Origin: Clostridia bacterium
GTDB lineage: Bacteria; Bacillota; SHA-98; UBA4971
Direction: 5' to 3'
Assembly: GCA_050261175.1 (NCBI GenBank)
Contig: JBLNDA010000059.1
Location: forward strand, 6,195 to 70,194
Length of the DNA stretch: 64,000 nt
Below the pieces are notes generated by a model that searched no databases, had not been told where the DNA came from, and saw nothing but the letters and a program-made list of their open reading frames with translations. The translations under genes were made by a program, and so were the position numbers. This document shows, piece by piece, positions 43,180 to 53,985 of this stretch (within the stretch, counting starts at the first letter, position 1; every line of letters begins with the position of its first letter).

Positions 43180-44160
43180 TCAAAGGCACGTCTTCCACGT
43201 CTTCCAGAGCGTGTCCCTAACGCCCTGGTCCATCCCGACGCCCGCCAGGTCAAGGGCGAGGAGCACCGCTCCCAGCACGGGCGGGACCTCGAGCATGATG
43301 AACTCGGCCGCCGGGAATTCCACCAGGACACGGGTCTTGAGCGTGGCGGTCATCACGGGGTCGTCGTTTGCGAAGACCCCTCCCGACAGCACGACCTTAA
43401 CCTGTCCGTCGGGCGGGAACAGCTTGCGGAGCGCGGCGAGTATCGCTATGGCAAGCTCGTTCCCCACCTCCCGCAGAATGTCGCACGCCACCTCGTCGCC
43501 GCGGCGCGCGGCTTCGAACACCAAAGGGGCGAGGAACGCCACCTGCGCCCGCTCACCGGATCCAGGGTAGAACCGCTCCACGAGGTCGTCCAGGTTTCGG
43601 AGGTGGAGCTTCTCGCAAAGCATGTCATAGAGGACGGTGGGCTTGCCGCGGCCATCCCGACCGCGCGTCGCCATCCTGACGGCGAGCATGCCGATGTGGC
43701 TCGCGCCGGCGCCGTCCCCGAACATGTACCCGAGCCCCCCGACTTGCACCCGCTTGCCTTCACGGCTGAACCCGATTACGTTCGTGCCGGTGCCGCAGAC
43801 CGCCACCACGCCCACGCCGTCGACCGTGGCGGCCCTGAGCGCTATCGTCGCATCATTCTCCAGGCCCATCCGGGGCGCCGGGTTCATAGCAGCCAAGAAC
43901 TTCTCTATGATTGCGAAGTCTGCGGGGCGGTCGGCCCCCGCCATCCCGAAGAAGGCGGCCTGGAGACGGTCCGCCGTGACGCCCGCGGCGTCGAGCGCGA
44001 GATCGACGGCCTTCTTGACCTGCGCCCTCGCGAGCTCGACTCCCACCGCCTGAAAGTTGCCCGGGCCGGCCTTCCCCGCTCCGACCGCGTGTCCCGCCAT
44101 GTCGCTCACGAGCGCGATGGTCTTCGTGCCCCCCGCGTCGACACCCACCACGTAACTCAT
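43180..44160 (-). CDS. Second BadF-family sugar kinase
   Basis: VDAGGTKT, ENDA, VCGTGTN, GGLGYMFGDGAG. Confidence 0.88.
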   Translation of the reverse strand: MSYVVGVDAGGTKTIALVSDMAGHAVGAGKAGPGNFQAVGVELARAQVKKAVDLALDAAGVTADRLQAAFFGMAGADRPADFAIIEKFLAAMNPAPRMGLENDATIALRAATVDGVGVVAVCGTGTNVIGFSREGKRVQVGGLGYMFGDGAGASHIGMLAVRMATRGRDGRGKPTVLYDMLCEKLHLRNLDDLVERFYPGSGERAQVAFLAPLVFEAARRGDEVACDILREVGNELAIAILAALRKLFPPDGQVKVVLSGGVFANDDPVMTATLKTRVLVEFPAAEFIMLEVPPVLGAVLLALDLAGVGMDQGVRDTLWKTWKTCL

Positions 44161-45653
44161 CGCTCCGCCTCTTCCCTGGCCTGAGCCGCCTCGCCTTGCG
44201 CGCCGCCTCGGGCCCCTCCGCGGGCGAGGGCCGGAGCCAGCGCCTTGTTCCTGAACGGCCCGCCGGCGAGCCTCTGCCAGTACCCGGGTCTGTCGGAGAT
44301 GGCATCATACGAGAACAGCACCACACCCTCGGCCCTGAGGAGCCTCGCGATACCTATCTTCTCGATGCAGCCTTCCGGGTCCTCCAGCATGTTGTAGGCG
44401 CCCACCCCTGCCAGCACACGTCCGCCTCCCCGGCCGCGGGCGGCCTCCACCGCGTCCCGCACGTGCCTGGCAAAGAGGTCCCCATTGGACGTATATACCA
44501 TCGGAACCACAAAGTCAACGATCCCTCGCGAAAGCCAGGTCTTCCAATCCTGAAGTCTGCGCTCGGCCGCGTCGACGGCATCGGGGAATACGGCGCACGA
44601 CACGGCCACGCCGGGTTTCACCCGTTTGACGTCCTCGTACACGCGCCGGACGACCTCGGTAACCTGGTCGCGGCGGAACTCATTCCATTTCGCCACGAGC
44701 TCGCCGTGCAGCGCCTCCCCTTCCTTCCCCGCCCCACCTTGGACCGCCTCGGGACCTCTTGCGAGGTCGAGGGGGTCATACCCCGTGAGGTCGCGGAACG
44801 CACGCCTGGCCGCGTCTCCGTACCCGAACCTCGTGGAAGGATACCTGATGTAATCGAAATGCACCCCGTCGACGTCGTAATTCCGGACGACCTCCATGAA
44901 AACGCCACGGACGTACTCCTTCACACCCTCGATCGCTGGGTCGAGCATGGGGGACACGAGCTCGCCCTCGGCCATCTCTGGGGTGTAGTCGAGCGTCGAA
45001 ACGCCCGCTTCGTCCACGAGCGCCCACTCGGGGTGCCGGGAAAGCACGTGCCCCGGCGGGTACGCCTCGCGGCCGAGCTCCCCTACGGTGAACGCGTTGA
45101 TCCAGGCGTGCACCTGGAGACCGGCCTCGTGAGCCCGCTCGATGCAGAACGCGAGGGGATCGAAACCTTCGTCCACACGCGGCATCCTCGGCACGACGCT
45201 GCTTGTGTAATACGCCTCACCGCGCCCGTTCACCTGCACGAAGAGGGCGTTGAAGTTGCTCTTGGAGGCAATGTCCACCATCTTTTCCACCGAGCCCCTA
45301 GTCGCCATGCTCGTGCGGACCACCCACAAGCCTCTCACCTCGTGACCCGCCACCCACGCCGCGTCCGCCTGAGGCCTCATGAAAAGGCACACCGTCCCTC
45401 CTACGACGAAAATGGCAACAGCCATACAAACCCGGCGATGCTCCGGGCCTGCGGCTGTGAGTCTCGCGAATAGCCTCCTGACGACTGCGATGAAAGCAAA
45501 GAAGGCGTGCAGCCCCGCCTCGGACACAGAGGCAGGCCACCGCCGCCCGGTTGCAGCTTCCTTTCCCACGTCTCGCCTGCCTCCCCCGTCCCCACGCGCG
45601 AGCCTGCCGTCCGCCGGGACGCCGGAGCCGTTCCCAGGCGACATGCGGATCAA
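44157..45653 (-). CDS. Glycosyl hydrolase-like family 10 (GHL10, YddW/DigH-like), membrane-anchored; start uncertain
   Basis: EVRGLWV, FDPLA, VHAW, YDVDGVHFDYIRYP, QDW..W, PMVY. Confidence 0.85.
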   Translation of the reverse strand: MIRMSPGNGSGVPADGRLARGDGGGRRDVGKEAATGRRWPASVSEAGLHAFFAFIAVVRRLFARLTAAGPEHRRVCMAVAIFVVGGTVCLFMRPQADAAWVAGHEVRGLWVVRTSMATRGSVEKMVDIASKSNFNALFVQVNGRGEAYYTSSVVPRMPRVDEGFDPLAFCIERAHEAGLQVHAWINAFTVGELGREAYPPGHVLSRHPEWALVDEAGVSTLDYTPEMAEGELVSPMLDPAIEGVKEYVRGVFMEVVRNYDVDGVHFDYIRYPSTRFGYGDAARRAFRDLTGYDPLDLARGPEAVQGGAGKEGEALHGELVAKWNEFRRDQVTEVVRRVYEDVKRVKPGVAVSCAVFPDAVDAAERRLQDWKTWLSRGIVDFVVPMVYTSNGDLFARHVRDAVEAARGRGGGRVLAGVGAYNMLEDPEGCIEKIGIARLLRAEGVVLFSYDAISDRPGYWQRLAGGPFRNKALAPALARGGARGGAQGEAAQAREEAER

Positions 45654-46396
45654 ACCTCGGGCCTTTCCAGCTCCATGCGGACCTTTCCGCGCGACCGGAG
45701 GAAGTCCCTGATCCGCCCAGCGCTGGTGTTGAGCACGAGGTCCTCCGTGAGGCCGGCACGCTCCACAAGCTCCACTGCGGCCTCGAATACTCCAACCCGC
45801 GATGCGTGATGAGCGTCGCTCCCGATGACCACGGTTACTCCGTACGCGCCCGCGAGCCGGGCGAACCGGTGGCAGTTCTCCCGGCTGTCCAGCCTGACTA
45901 TGGTAAGGGACGAGTTGTTGATCTCAAGGAGCTTGCCCAGACGCTTCGCGGCCTTCACGACCTCCTCGATGTCCACCTGGAAGGCCGGGTTCCCGGGATG
46001 GGCGATGGCGTCCACATGAGGGTTCTCCATGGCGGCTATCATGGCCTTGGTATTCTCCTCGACCGTCCCTCCGTCGTAACCCGTGCCGACGTGAAACCCG
46101 GCGAGCACGAATTCCAACTTCTGCAGGACGCGGTCGGGGAGGTCCAGCTCGCCGCGGGGGCTGACTATGTTCACCTCAACCCCTTTGAGAACCTCCACTC
46201 CAGCGATGGTTGCGGGAATGACTCTCAGGTTGCCGAAGTAGTAGCGGTGCGGCCCGCCAGGGATGTTCGGCCCATGGTCGGTGACGGCTATCATTTCGAG
46301 CCCGGCGTCGCGGGCGGCGCGGGCCATCTCGTCGATGGTGTTGTAGGCGTGTCCGCTTGCAATGGAGTGAGTGTGGAGATCAGCAACGAGCCGCAT
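45650..46396 (-). CDS. PHP phosphatase (YcdX-like)
   Basis: DLHTHSIASGHAYNT, TDHG, HPGN, EINNSS, GSDAH. Confidence 0.9.
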   Translation of the reverse strand: MRLVADLHTHSIASGHAYNTIDEMARAARDAGLEMIAVTDHGPNIPGGPHRYYFGNLRVIPATIAGVEVLKGVEVNIVSPRGELDLPDRVLQKLEFVLAGFHVGTGYDGGTVEENTKAMIAAMENPHVDAIAHPGNPAFQVDIEEVVKAAKRLGKLLEINNSSLTIVRLDSRENCHRFARLAGAYGVTVVIGSDAHHASRVGVFEAAVELVERAGLTEDLVLNTSAGRIRDFLRSRGKVRMELERPEV

Positions 46397-46467
46397 TTCC
46401 GGGTCCTCCCAGGTTATGCCTATTCCAAATGTCGCGGCGCACACTCCAGTGCGCCACGAGAAGCAAT

Positions 46468-48219
46468 TCAACGCTGGGAAGCTGATCCCTGCTTTGCGGC
46501 GAACGCTGACGGATCGATATCCGGGAACACCGCGTCTATCGCCTCGATCTCCTCGAGGTACCTGGTGGTTTCCAGCGTTGCGCTCGGCCGCTCGAGGGCT
46601 TCGAGGAGCCGGGTGAACCTGCACTTGTGCTCGAGGAACCGGCGTGAGGCGTAGTCGGCCGCCTGCTCCGTCGTGACGAGGAACGGCCAGTCGCTGCTCT
46701 GAAGAAGCAACGCCTCGCGCGCAGCCTGACGGACGAGCCGCCCCTCGAGGTCCGGGGAATCCGGGGAGCGACCGGGGAACAGAGGCCCAGCGCAACGGCG
46801 GGTTCGCTGCTCACCGCGGCCTCCGCGATCTCCCGCGTGTCCAAGTGCCGCCGATATCCTCTCCATCTGCGCCTCTGCAGAGTGGATGTCGTCCCACATC
46901 CAGCCTGTGGCCTCGTTGTCCCAGATGTAATGGCCCCCTCCCATCCCCCAGGAGCTTTCCACGAGGTCCACCTCGCCTGCCGGTCGGTGGTTCTCCAGGT
47001 ACCGGGCGGCAGTCGTAAGTTCCACGCTCTCGCTGCGGGCAAGGCCCTCGAGAACACATCTGAGCCAGTCCAGCCCCTCCATCCACCAGTGACCGAAGAG
47101 CTCGACATCGAACGGGGCGACGATGACGCCGTGCTTCCCCGTGTCCCTGTGGAACTCCTCGAGAAGCCGCTCCACAAGGCCGACGAAATGGTCCGCGTGC
47201 TCTTTCGCCCGCCCCAGGGCGGCCTGCGGCTGGTAGATTTCCTTGGAGCCGAGGTCCACCAGTCTGCTGGTGACCTTCCAGTAACGAAAACCGGAAATGG
47301 AATCTCGTTTATGAAATTCCCTGTAGTTGCCATCGCCGGGATAGCCCCATTCGGACGACCACACCTGGAGGGCCGTTCTCTCGTTCCGCCCGAGGACCAG
47401 GAGGCCGCTGCTGGACACCGAGTACGGCAGGTACGTGGTGAACCCCGGTCTGGAAGGAATGTACCTGGGTACGGGTTGTTGTTGAGGAAACCTCGCCCCG
47501 TACATGCCGACAGGCGTCCCGCCCTGGATAGCGTGGGAATCTACGAAGAAATGCTTGATCCCCAAAGCCGTGAGGACCCCATCGATGCCTGCTGCCCCGA
47601 AGGCGGAGCCGGGTGGGCTGGAAGCCGAGTCGCGGGGACGGTACCCACATTCAGGCAACCATATCCCCAAGGGCTTTCTCCCGAAGCAACGTTCGTAGGT
47701 GTCGGACCCTATCTTCACCTGGGCATATACCGACGATTCCCTCGCCAAGAGCGGCAGGTAGGCGTGTGTCGCGGCTCCCGCCACGAGCTCGATGTGGCCT
47801 TGGTCCTGAAGAGAGCGGAAAGCCGCAATGAGGTTGCGCCGGTATCGCTCGTGGAAGCTCGTGCGGACGCGCTGGTACCGGTCCCGGTAGAACTTCGCGA
47901 GATCGCGGAAGCGTCCCTCGCTCTCCGCTTCGAACCTCGCGATATCTCCTTCGGCTGCGGCGATCTTCGTTTCCACGTACTCGTCGAAGCGAAAGAGCAT
48001 GTACGGATCCTGGAGCTGATCGAGCAGCACCGGCGTGAGCCCGACAGTCAGCTTCGCGGGGACGCCGTTTTCCACGAGATCCGAGATGATGTCGAGGAGC
48101 GGGATGTACGTCTCCGCCATCGCCTCGAACACCCATTCCTCGCCGAACGGCCAGACCCCGGCTTTCCTGCAATACGGCAGGTGGCTGTGGAGCACGAATA
48201 CGAACGCGCCTATTGACAC
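46468..48219 (-). CDS. GH57 1,4-alpha-glucan branching enzyme (with DUF1957 C-domain)
   Basis: HSHLP, WLPECGY, APFDVELFGHWW, LQSSDW. Confidence 0.9.
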   Translation of the reverse strand: MSIGAFVFVLHSHLPYCRKAGVWPFGEEWVFEAMAETYIPLLDIISDLVENGVPAKLTVGLTPVLLDQLQDPYMLFRFDEYVETKIAAAEGDIARFEAESEGRFRDLAKFYRDRYQRVRTSFHERYRRNLIAAFRSLQDQGHIELVAGAATHAYLPLLARESSVYAQVKIGSDTYERCFGRKPLGIWLPECGYRPRDSASSPPGSAFGAAGIDGVLTALGIKHFFVDSHAIQGGTPVGMYGARFPQQQPVPRYIPSRPGFTTYLPYSVSSSGLLVLGRNERTALQVWSSEWGYPGDGNYREFHKRDSISGFRYWKVTSRLVDLGSKEIYQPQAALGRAKEHADHFVGLVERLLEEFHRDTGKHGVIVAPFDVELFGHWWMEGLDWLRCVLEGLARSESVELTTAARYLENHRPAGEVDLVESSWGMGGGHYIWDNEATGWMWDDIHSAEAQMERISAALGHAGDRGGRGEQRTRRCAGPLFPGRSPDSPDLEGRLVRQAAREALLLQSSDWPFLVTTEQAADYASRRFLEHKCRFTRLLEALERPSATLETTRYLEEIEAIDAVFPDIDPSAFAAKQGSASQR

Positions 48220-48247
48220 GATGGCCCCTCCTCACTTGCACTTCATT

Positions 48248-48277
48248 TAGTTTGGGCTCCGGGGCGGCGTGGTATTC
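48248..48277 (-). promoter_or_regulatory. Putative sigG promoter of the first GH57 gene
   Basis: GAATA-N18-CAAACTA. Confidence 0.6.
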
Positions 48278-48421
48278 CCAGGCGTGGCGGCAAGTCGTCG
48301 CAGGTCACGGTGGCCGGCGACACGGTTCAGCGCGCGTGCGGCGCGACGCAGCGGGATGGGAGACGGGGCGGAACGAGGGTGCACTCGTTGCCGTTTCTGG
48401 CAAATCCACACAGCGGCCCTC

Positions 48422-48451
48422 GAATAAACGCCCAGGGCTCAAGGGATATTA
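48422..48451 (+). promoter_or_regulatory. Putative sigF/sigG promoter of DUF4912-GH57
   Basis: GAATA-N15-AGGGATATTA. Confidence 0.55.
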
Positions 48452-48531
48452 TTACAGAGATGTGGCGGAGCACATCCTGAAGCTCATTGCCTGACAAGGC
48501 GTTGCGATGCAATGAATGCCGGGAGGTAGCC

Positions 48532-49554
48532 GTGGTGGCGGCGATAGTTGACGAAACGAGATCATCGGGATCATCTGACGGGAACGTGAGCCAATCTGTC
48601 CTTGACGAGGAGATCGGTGGAAAAGCGACCGTTCGCAGCGAAGTGGAAGAAGTTCGTCTCCCGGAGAGCGTGTCAGAACTTCGAATCGTGGAGACGAGAG
48701 ACATCAACCTCGCCGAGGACATTGCCAACGCCGCCACGCACCCCATGTACACAGCCGGGACAGAGATGGAGGAGTACGAGCTTCCCCAAGGCTACGGCAC
48801 CACGAGGCTGGTCCTCATGGTGCGCGATCCCTTCTGGCTCCACGCTTACTGGGAGGTCGCCCAAGACGTGTCGGAGACCGTTACCGCGGCCTTGGGGCCG
48901 GACGGTTGGCGTGTCGCCAGAAAGACCCTTCGCGTGCACGACGTGACTGACGTGGAATTCGACGGAACCAACGCCCATCGCACGTTCGACATCGACATAA
49001 GCGGCGGTGCCAACAACTGGTACATCAACGTGGAGCGCCCGAACAGATCGTACTGCGCCGAGCTGGGCCTCGTGGGCCCCGACGGCCGGTTCGTGCTCCT
49101 TTCCAGATCCAACGTGGTCCGAACGCCTCGCGCCGGCCCGTCCGAGGTCATCGATGAAGAGTGGATGACCATCTCCGCCGTGGAGCGGTACTACCCACAC
49201 CCGGGGCGGCTGCCGTCGTCTCCGGAAATGGTTTCCGCTCGGCTGGAACACATGGCGTTGGAGATGGGGTCGGGTTTCGTCGCAGGTATCTCCAGCCCGG
49301 GGATGGGAGTGGCCGCCCCGGAACGAAAGGCTTTCTGGCTGAACGCCTCGGTCGAGGTAATCGTGCACGGCGCCACGGAACCCGGCTCCACTGTGACAAT
49401 CCAGGGCTCGCCCGTGAAGCTTCGCCCCGACGGCACCTTCTCCGCTAGGTTCCAGCTGCCTGACGGAGAGCAAGTCGTTCCCATTGAAGCCGTGTCCAAG
49501 GACGGTAGCATGAGGCGGTGCGTGACGACGAGACTCACCCGCAGCACCTGGTAG
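48532..49554 (+). CDS. DUF4912 domain protein
   Basis: ELPQGYG..LVLMVRDPFWLHAYWE, NWYI, RSNVVRTP, FWL..EVIVHGATEP..RPDGTF; GTG start with SD GGGAGG. Confidence 0.85.
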   Translation: MVAAIVDETRSSGSSDGNVSQSVLDEEIGGKATVRSEVEEVRLPESVSELRIVETRDINLAEDIANAATHPMYTAGTEMEEYELPQGYGTTRLVLMVRDPFWLHAYWEVAQDVSETVTAALGPDGWRVARKTLRVHDVTDVEFDGTNAHRTFDIDISGGANNWYINVERPNRSYCAELGLVGPDGRFVLLSRSNVVRTPRAGPSEVIDEEWMTISAVERYYPHPGRLPSSPEMVSARLEHMALEMGSGFVAGISSPGMGVAAPERKAFWLNASVEVIVHGATEPGSTVTIQGSPVKLRPDGTFSARFQLPDGEQVVPIEAVSKDGSMRRCVTTRLTRSTW

Positions 49555-49618
49555 GCCCGCCGAATGTACAGAACAGAGTAGACAACGCACAACGTAGACA
49601 GGGAGATGAAACCGGAAC

Positions 49619-51256
49619 ATGGCTCACGAGAAGGGTTACCTCGCGCTTGTCCTGCACGCGCACCTGCCGTACGTGAGGCACCCGGAACATCCTGATTTCC
49701 TCGAGGAGACGTGGCTCTTCGAAGCCATAACCGAGACGTACATCCCGCTCATCAAGGTGTTCCAGGGTCTCGTGCGCGACGGCATCGAATTCCGGATCAC
49801 CATGTCCATCACGCCGCCTCTCGCCTCGATGCTCCTCGATCCGCTCTTGCAAGAGCGGTACCTCCGCCACGTCGGGAAACTCATAGAACTCGCGGAGAAG
49901 GAAGTCGAGCGCACGAGGTGGCTTCCTGGGTTCAACGAGAACGCTAGGATGTACCGGGACCGCTTCTACGAGGCCCGCCACGTTTTCGAGGACGTGTACG
50001 GCCGGAACATCCTCACGGCGTTCAAGGAGCTTGAAGCCCGGGGGCGACTGGAGATCATCACTTCCGGCGCGACTCATGGGTACCTCCCGCTCATGGAGAT
50101 CTGTCGGGAAGCCGTGCGCGCCCAGATAAACGTCGCCGCGGATTTCCACGAGCGGGCCTTTGGGAGGAGGCCGACCGGCTTCTGGCTGCCTGAGTGCGGG
50201 TACAATCCAGGGGACGACTGGTTCCTGAAAGAACACGGCATCAGGTACTTCATCACCGACGCCCACGGCGTGCTCCTCGCCTCGCCTAGGCCCAGGTACG
50301 GGGTCTTCGCGCCCGTGTACTGCGAGTCTGGTGTCGCGGCGTTCGGGCGGGACATGGAATCGTCGAAGCAGGTGTGGAGCGCACGCGAGGGCTACCCGGG
50401 GGACTACGACTACCGCGAATTCTACAGGGACATCGGCTACGATCTGGATTACGACTACATCCGCCCGTACATACATCCGAGCGGCACGAGGATCAACACG
50501 GGAATAAAGTATTACAGGATCACCGGAAAGACCCACGACAAGGAACCCTACAACCGTCAGCGGGCGCTCGAGAAAGCCGCGATTCACGCCGGCAACTTCA
50601 TGTTCAACAGAGAAAAGCAGATAGAGTACCTCGCTTCCGTCATGGACCGCAAGCCCATCGTCGTGGCCCCGTACGACGCTGAGCTCTTCGGCCATTGGTG
50701 GTTCGAGGGGCCGGAATGGCTCGATTTCCTTATAAGGAAGACCGCCTGTGACCAGAAGACCATCGCCCTTACCACTCCCGGCGATTACCTCGGCGTGTAC
50801 AGGCGCAACCAGGTGTCCACTCCATCTCTCTCGAGCTGGGGGTACAAGGGCTACAATGAGGTGTGGCTGGAGGGGTCCAACGACTGGATATACCGGCACC
50901 TGCACAGGGCGGCCGAGAGAATGGTGGAGCTGGCGCGGACCTACCCCGCCGCCGACGGCCTCCTGCGTCGCGCCCTGAACCAGGCGGCGCGGGAGCTTCT
51001 CCTGGCCCAAAGCAGCGACTGGGCGTTCATCATGAAAACCGGCACGATGGTGTCGTACGCAGTGCGCAGGACGAAGGAGCACGTCTGGCGCTTTACCAAG
51101 CTCTACCATGACATACGCAGCGGGGCCATCGACGAACCGTGGCTGGCCGAGATCGAGTACAGGGACAACATCTTCCCTCACATCGATTATCAGGTTTACG
51201 CCGGCGGGGCGCGCACGGCGGCCGCCACCGCCGCAACCGCAGCGGCAGGCGCATGA
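49619..51256 (+). CDS. GH57 1,4-alpha-glucan branching enzyme (second paralog)
   Basis: HAHLP, WLPECGY, APYDAELFGHWWFEG, AQSSDW. Confidence 0.92.
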   Translation: MAHEKGYLALVLHAHLPYVRHPEHPDFLEETWLFEAITETYIPLIKVFQGLVRDGIEFRITMSITPPLASMLLDPLLQERYLRHVGKLIELAEKEVERTRWLPGFNENARMYRDRFYEARHVFEDVYGRNILTAFKELEARGRLEIITSGATHGYLPLMEICREAVRAQINVAADFHERAFGRRPTGFWLPECGYNPGDDWFLKEHGIRYFITDAHGVLLASPRPRYGVFAPVYCESGVAAFGRDMESSKQVWSAREGYPGDYDYREFYRDIGYDLDYDYIRPYIHPSGTRINTGIKYYRITGKTHDKEPYNRQRALEKAAIHAGNFMFNREKQIEYLASVMDRKPIVVAPYDAELFGHWWFEGPEWLDFLIRKTACDQKTIALTTPGDYLGVYRRNQVSTPSLSSWGYKGYNEVWLEGSNDWIYRHLHRAAERMVELARTYPAADGLLRRALNQAARELLLAQSSDWAFIMKTGTMVSYAVRRTKEHVWRFTKLYHDIRSGAIDEPWLAEIEYRDNIFPHIDYQVYAGGARTAAATAATAAAGA

Positions 51257-51284
51257 CCCGTCGAAGCACCTGGGACGGCCGGGG

Positions 51285-53765
51285 TCACGTGGCCCTGATC
51301 TCGTCGATCTTGGCCATGTACATCTCGCGGAGGGTCTCCGCGTCGGCGGGTGTGGAAGCCTCGCTGTACACGTGGAAGAGCGGCTCCTCGGAATCAGGCA
51401 GGATCAGCGCCCAGCCGGTGTCGTGGTATACCTTGATCCCGTCGATCAGCTCCACCTTCTCGCTGCGCACCTGCTCGATGAGCATGCGCATGACCTTGCC
51501 CTTGTCCTCCCACGGGCACTCTACCGTTCGCTTGCTCATGTAGAACCTGGGCACCATGGAGAGCAACGATGAGAGGCGCGCGTTCTCCGCGGCCATGACC
51601 TCGAGGATCTTGGCTAGGGACAATAGCGCGTCGAAGGCCGGCTGGAAGCCGGGAAGCTCCTTCTCTCCGATGAGGATCTTCTCCTCGATCACTTTCTCCA
51701 TGACGGACCTCGGGTTCGTCCGGGTACGAACCACGTGGCCGCGGTAATTCCTCGCCATCTCCTCGATGATCCTCGGCGCAGTCACCGGCACGGCCACGGT
51801 GGCACCCTCCCTGGACTTGAGAATGAGGAGGGACATCAAGGCACAGAACATCTCCTCGGAGACGCCCTTGCCCTGCTCGTCCACGAGTAGGAGCCTCTCG
51901 GCGTTGGCGTCCACGGCTATGCCGAGGTCAGCGCGGCTTGCGACCACGGCTTTCGAGAGGAGCGAGAGAGAGTCGAGCATCTCGTAGTGGTTCCTCGGCC
52001 TGGCGGCAACGGCGTTATCGGGGTTCAGCGCAAGCACGTCGCACCCGAGGGCGTCCAGGAGCGTCGGGAGGAGGAGGGAGAGGTTCCCCGGGTCGAAATC
52101 CACGACCACCTTGAAGCGCCGGGCCCGCACGGTGGCGACGGACACCGCCTTGAGGAGGCCGTCCAGGTACTGTTCGACGACCCGTGTGAGGAAGGCGACC
52201 TCGCCGATGTCCTCCGTATCCACGCGCCGGAAGTCCTCGCTGAAGAAGGCGTTTTCGATCTTGCGTTCCATGGATCTATCGATGTTGATGCCTTGTTCGT
52301 CCAGGAACTCGATGAGCCCGATGTTCGGGTCGTAAGGAGAAAGCCTCACGTGGAGGCCGCCCGCGACACCCAGGGCAGCGACGGCGTGGCGGGTGACGGG
52401 GGTGGTCATACGCCCGATGTCGTACACGTTGGTGCCGCTGGAGAGAAGTCCCGCCGTGATCGCGCGTTTCAGCATCCGCGGAGGCTTGTACGCGTCGGAA
52501 CTCACCACGATCGCCCGCTTTTCGCCGAGACACGCGCCGTACGCGGCGCCCAGTTTCGCCGCAAATTCGGGGGTGAGTTCCACGTTGAGGAGGCCGGACA
52601 CGCCGTACGACCCGAAAAGCCTCCTGGACCACTTCGCGCCCCAGACCAGGCTGGTGGTGATGGTGGTGCCGGCGTCGATGATCTTGTTGGGCCATATCTT
52701 CACGCCTGGCTTGATGATGCTCCGCTCCCCGATGGAGCAATCCGCCCCGACCACGGATCCCTCGAAGAGGGCGGTCTTCGCCTTGATGCTCGCCCTCGAA
52801 CACACTATGGCGCCGCGCAGCTCCGTTTCCTTCCCCACGTAGGAGTTGTTCCAGATTATGCTCCTCTTCACTGACGCCCCCTCATTGAGAAGGTTCTGGT
52901 GGCCGATGGTCGTGCCGTCCCCCACCTCCGCGTTGCGCTTCACGCGACAACAATCACCGATTACGACAGGCGGTATGAGCCGAGCGTTCGGGTGGATCTC
53001 CGCCCCCGCTCCGATGTACACGCCCTTCTCCACTTCCTCGCCGGGTATGTCCACCTTGGCGCGGCCTTCCAAGATGTCGTAGTGGGTTTGGCGGTACTGC
53101 TCGATGGTCCCGATATCGCTCCAGTAGCCGCTCGCGACGTATCCGAAGAGGGGGAGCCTTCTCTTGAGGATGAGCGGGAACAGGTTCTTGGAGAAGTCGA
53201 ACTCCTGCCCGAAGTCTACGAAGCCCAGCACTTCAGGCTCGAGCACGTAGATGCCGGTATTGACCGTATCGCTGAACACTTCGCTCCAGCTCGGCTTCTC
53301 GAGGAAGCGCGCTATGCGCCCATCGTCGTCGGTGATCACGACGCCGTATTCCAACGGAGTCGCCACCCGGGCGAGGACGATCGTGGCTATGGCGCCCTTC
53401 GCCCTGTGAAACTCGAGCGCCTCCGCGAGGTCGAAGTCGGTGAGGGCGTCGCCGCTGATGACGAGGAACGTTGAGTCGAGGTGCTCTTCACACGCCTTGA
53501 CGCTTCCGGCTGTGCCGAGGGGGACGTCCTCCACCGAGTAGTGCATGGTGACCCCGAAAGACTCGCCCGTGCCGAAATGATCTTGGATCACCTCCGGCAT
53601 ATAGTGGAGAGTGGCATAGACGTCCGTGAACCCGTGCTTGCGCAGGAGCCGCACGATGTGCTCGAGGATGGGCCTGCCCACCACCGGCACCATGGGCTTG
53701 GGTCTGTCGCACGTGAGCGGACGAAGGCGCGTGCCCTTTCCGCCTGCCATCACCACGGCTTTCAT
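51285..53765 (-). CDS. Sugar-1-phosphate nucleotidyltransferase / left-handed beta-helix / phosphohexomutase fusion
   Basis: [27 protein letters not shown], hexapeptide repeats, LFGSYGVSG mutase start. Confidence 0.9.
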   Translation of the reverse strand: MKAVVMAGGKGTRLRPLTCDRPKPMVPVVGRPILEHIVRLLRKHGFTDVYATLHYMPEVIQDHFGTGESFGVTMHYSVEDVPLGTAGSVKACEEHLDSTFLVISGDALTDFDLAEALEFHRAKGAIATIVLARVATPLEYGVVITDDDGRIARFLEKPSWSEVFSDTVNTGIYVLEPEVLGFVDFGQEFDFSKNLFPLILKRRLPLFGYVASGYWSDIGTIEQYRQTHYDILEGRAKVDIPGEEVEKGVYIGAGAEIHPNARLIPPVVIGDCCRVKRNAEVGDGTTIGHQNLLNEGASVKRSIIWNNSYVGKETELRGAIVCSRASIKAKTALFEGSVVGADCSIGERSIIKPGVKIWPNKIIDAGTTITTSLVWGAKWSRRLFGSYGVSGLLNVELTPEFAAKLGAAYGACLGEKRAIVVSSDAYKPPRMLKRAITAGLLSSGTNVYDIGRMTTPVTRHAVAALGVAGGLHVRLSPYDPNIGLIEFLDEQGINIDRSMERKIENAFFSEDFRRVDTEDIGEVAFLTRVVEQYLDGLLKAVSVATVRARRFKVVVDFDPGNLSLLLPTLLDALGCDVLALNPDNAVAARPRNHYEMLDSLSLLSKAVVASRADLGIAVDANAERLLLVDEQGKGVSEEMFCALMSLLILKSREGATVAVPVTAPRIIEEMARNYRGHVVRTRTNPRSVMEKVIEEKILIGEKELPGFQPAFDALLSLAKILEVMAAENARLSSLLSMVPRFYMSKRTVECPWEDKGKVMRMLIEQVRSEKVELIDGIKVYHDTGWALILPDSEEPLFHVYSEASTPADAETLREMYMAKIDEIRAT

Positions 53766-53985
53766 CTCACTCGAACCTCCAGACCAGGCAATGGTGTGAG
53801 CACCCGGCGCAAAGCGCCGGGTCAGAGATTGCTGCTTCGCGCCTTGACAGACAGAATCCGGCCCCTTCGCCCGTCAGGCGTCGCCCGTCAGGCGGGCGCC
53901 CGGATCTCGACATCCCTCGCGCAATCACCGGCAACCCAGCAACTACTGGAAAACGCGCGAGAGCGAACGCACCCTCACTTGGCAC

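Noticed and set aside
43161-43186. Tandem TGTCAAA repeats resembling Spo0A boxes or a TTGACA promoter
   Set aside because: Mismatch at the conserved G of TGNCGAA, overlap with a stop codon, and 19-nt spacing to a weak -10
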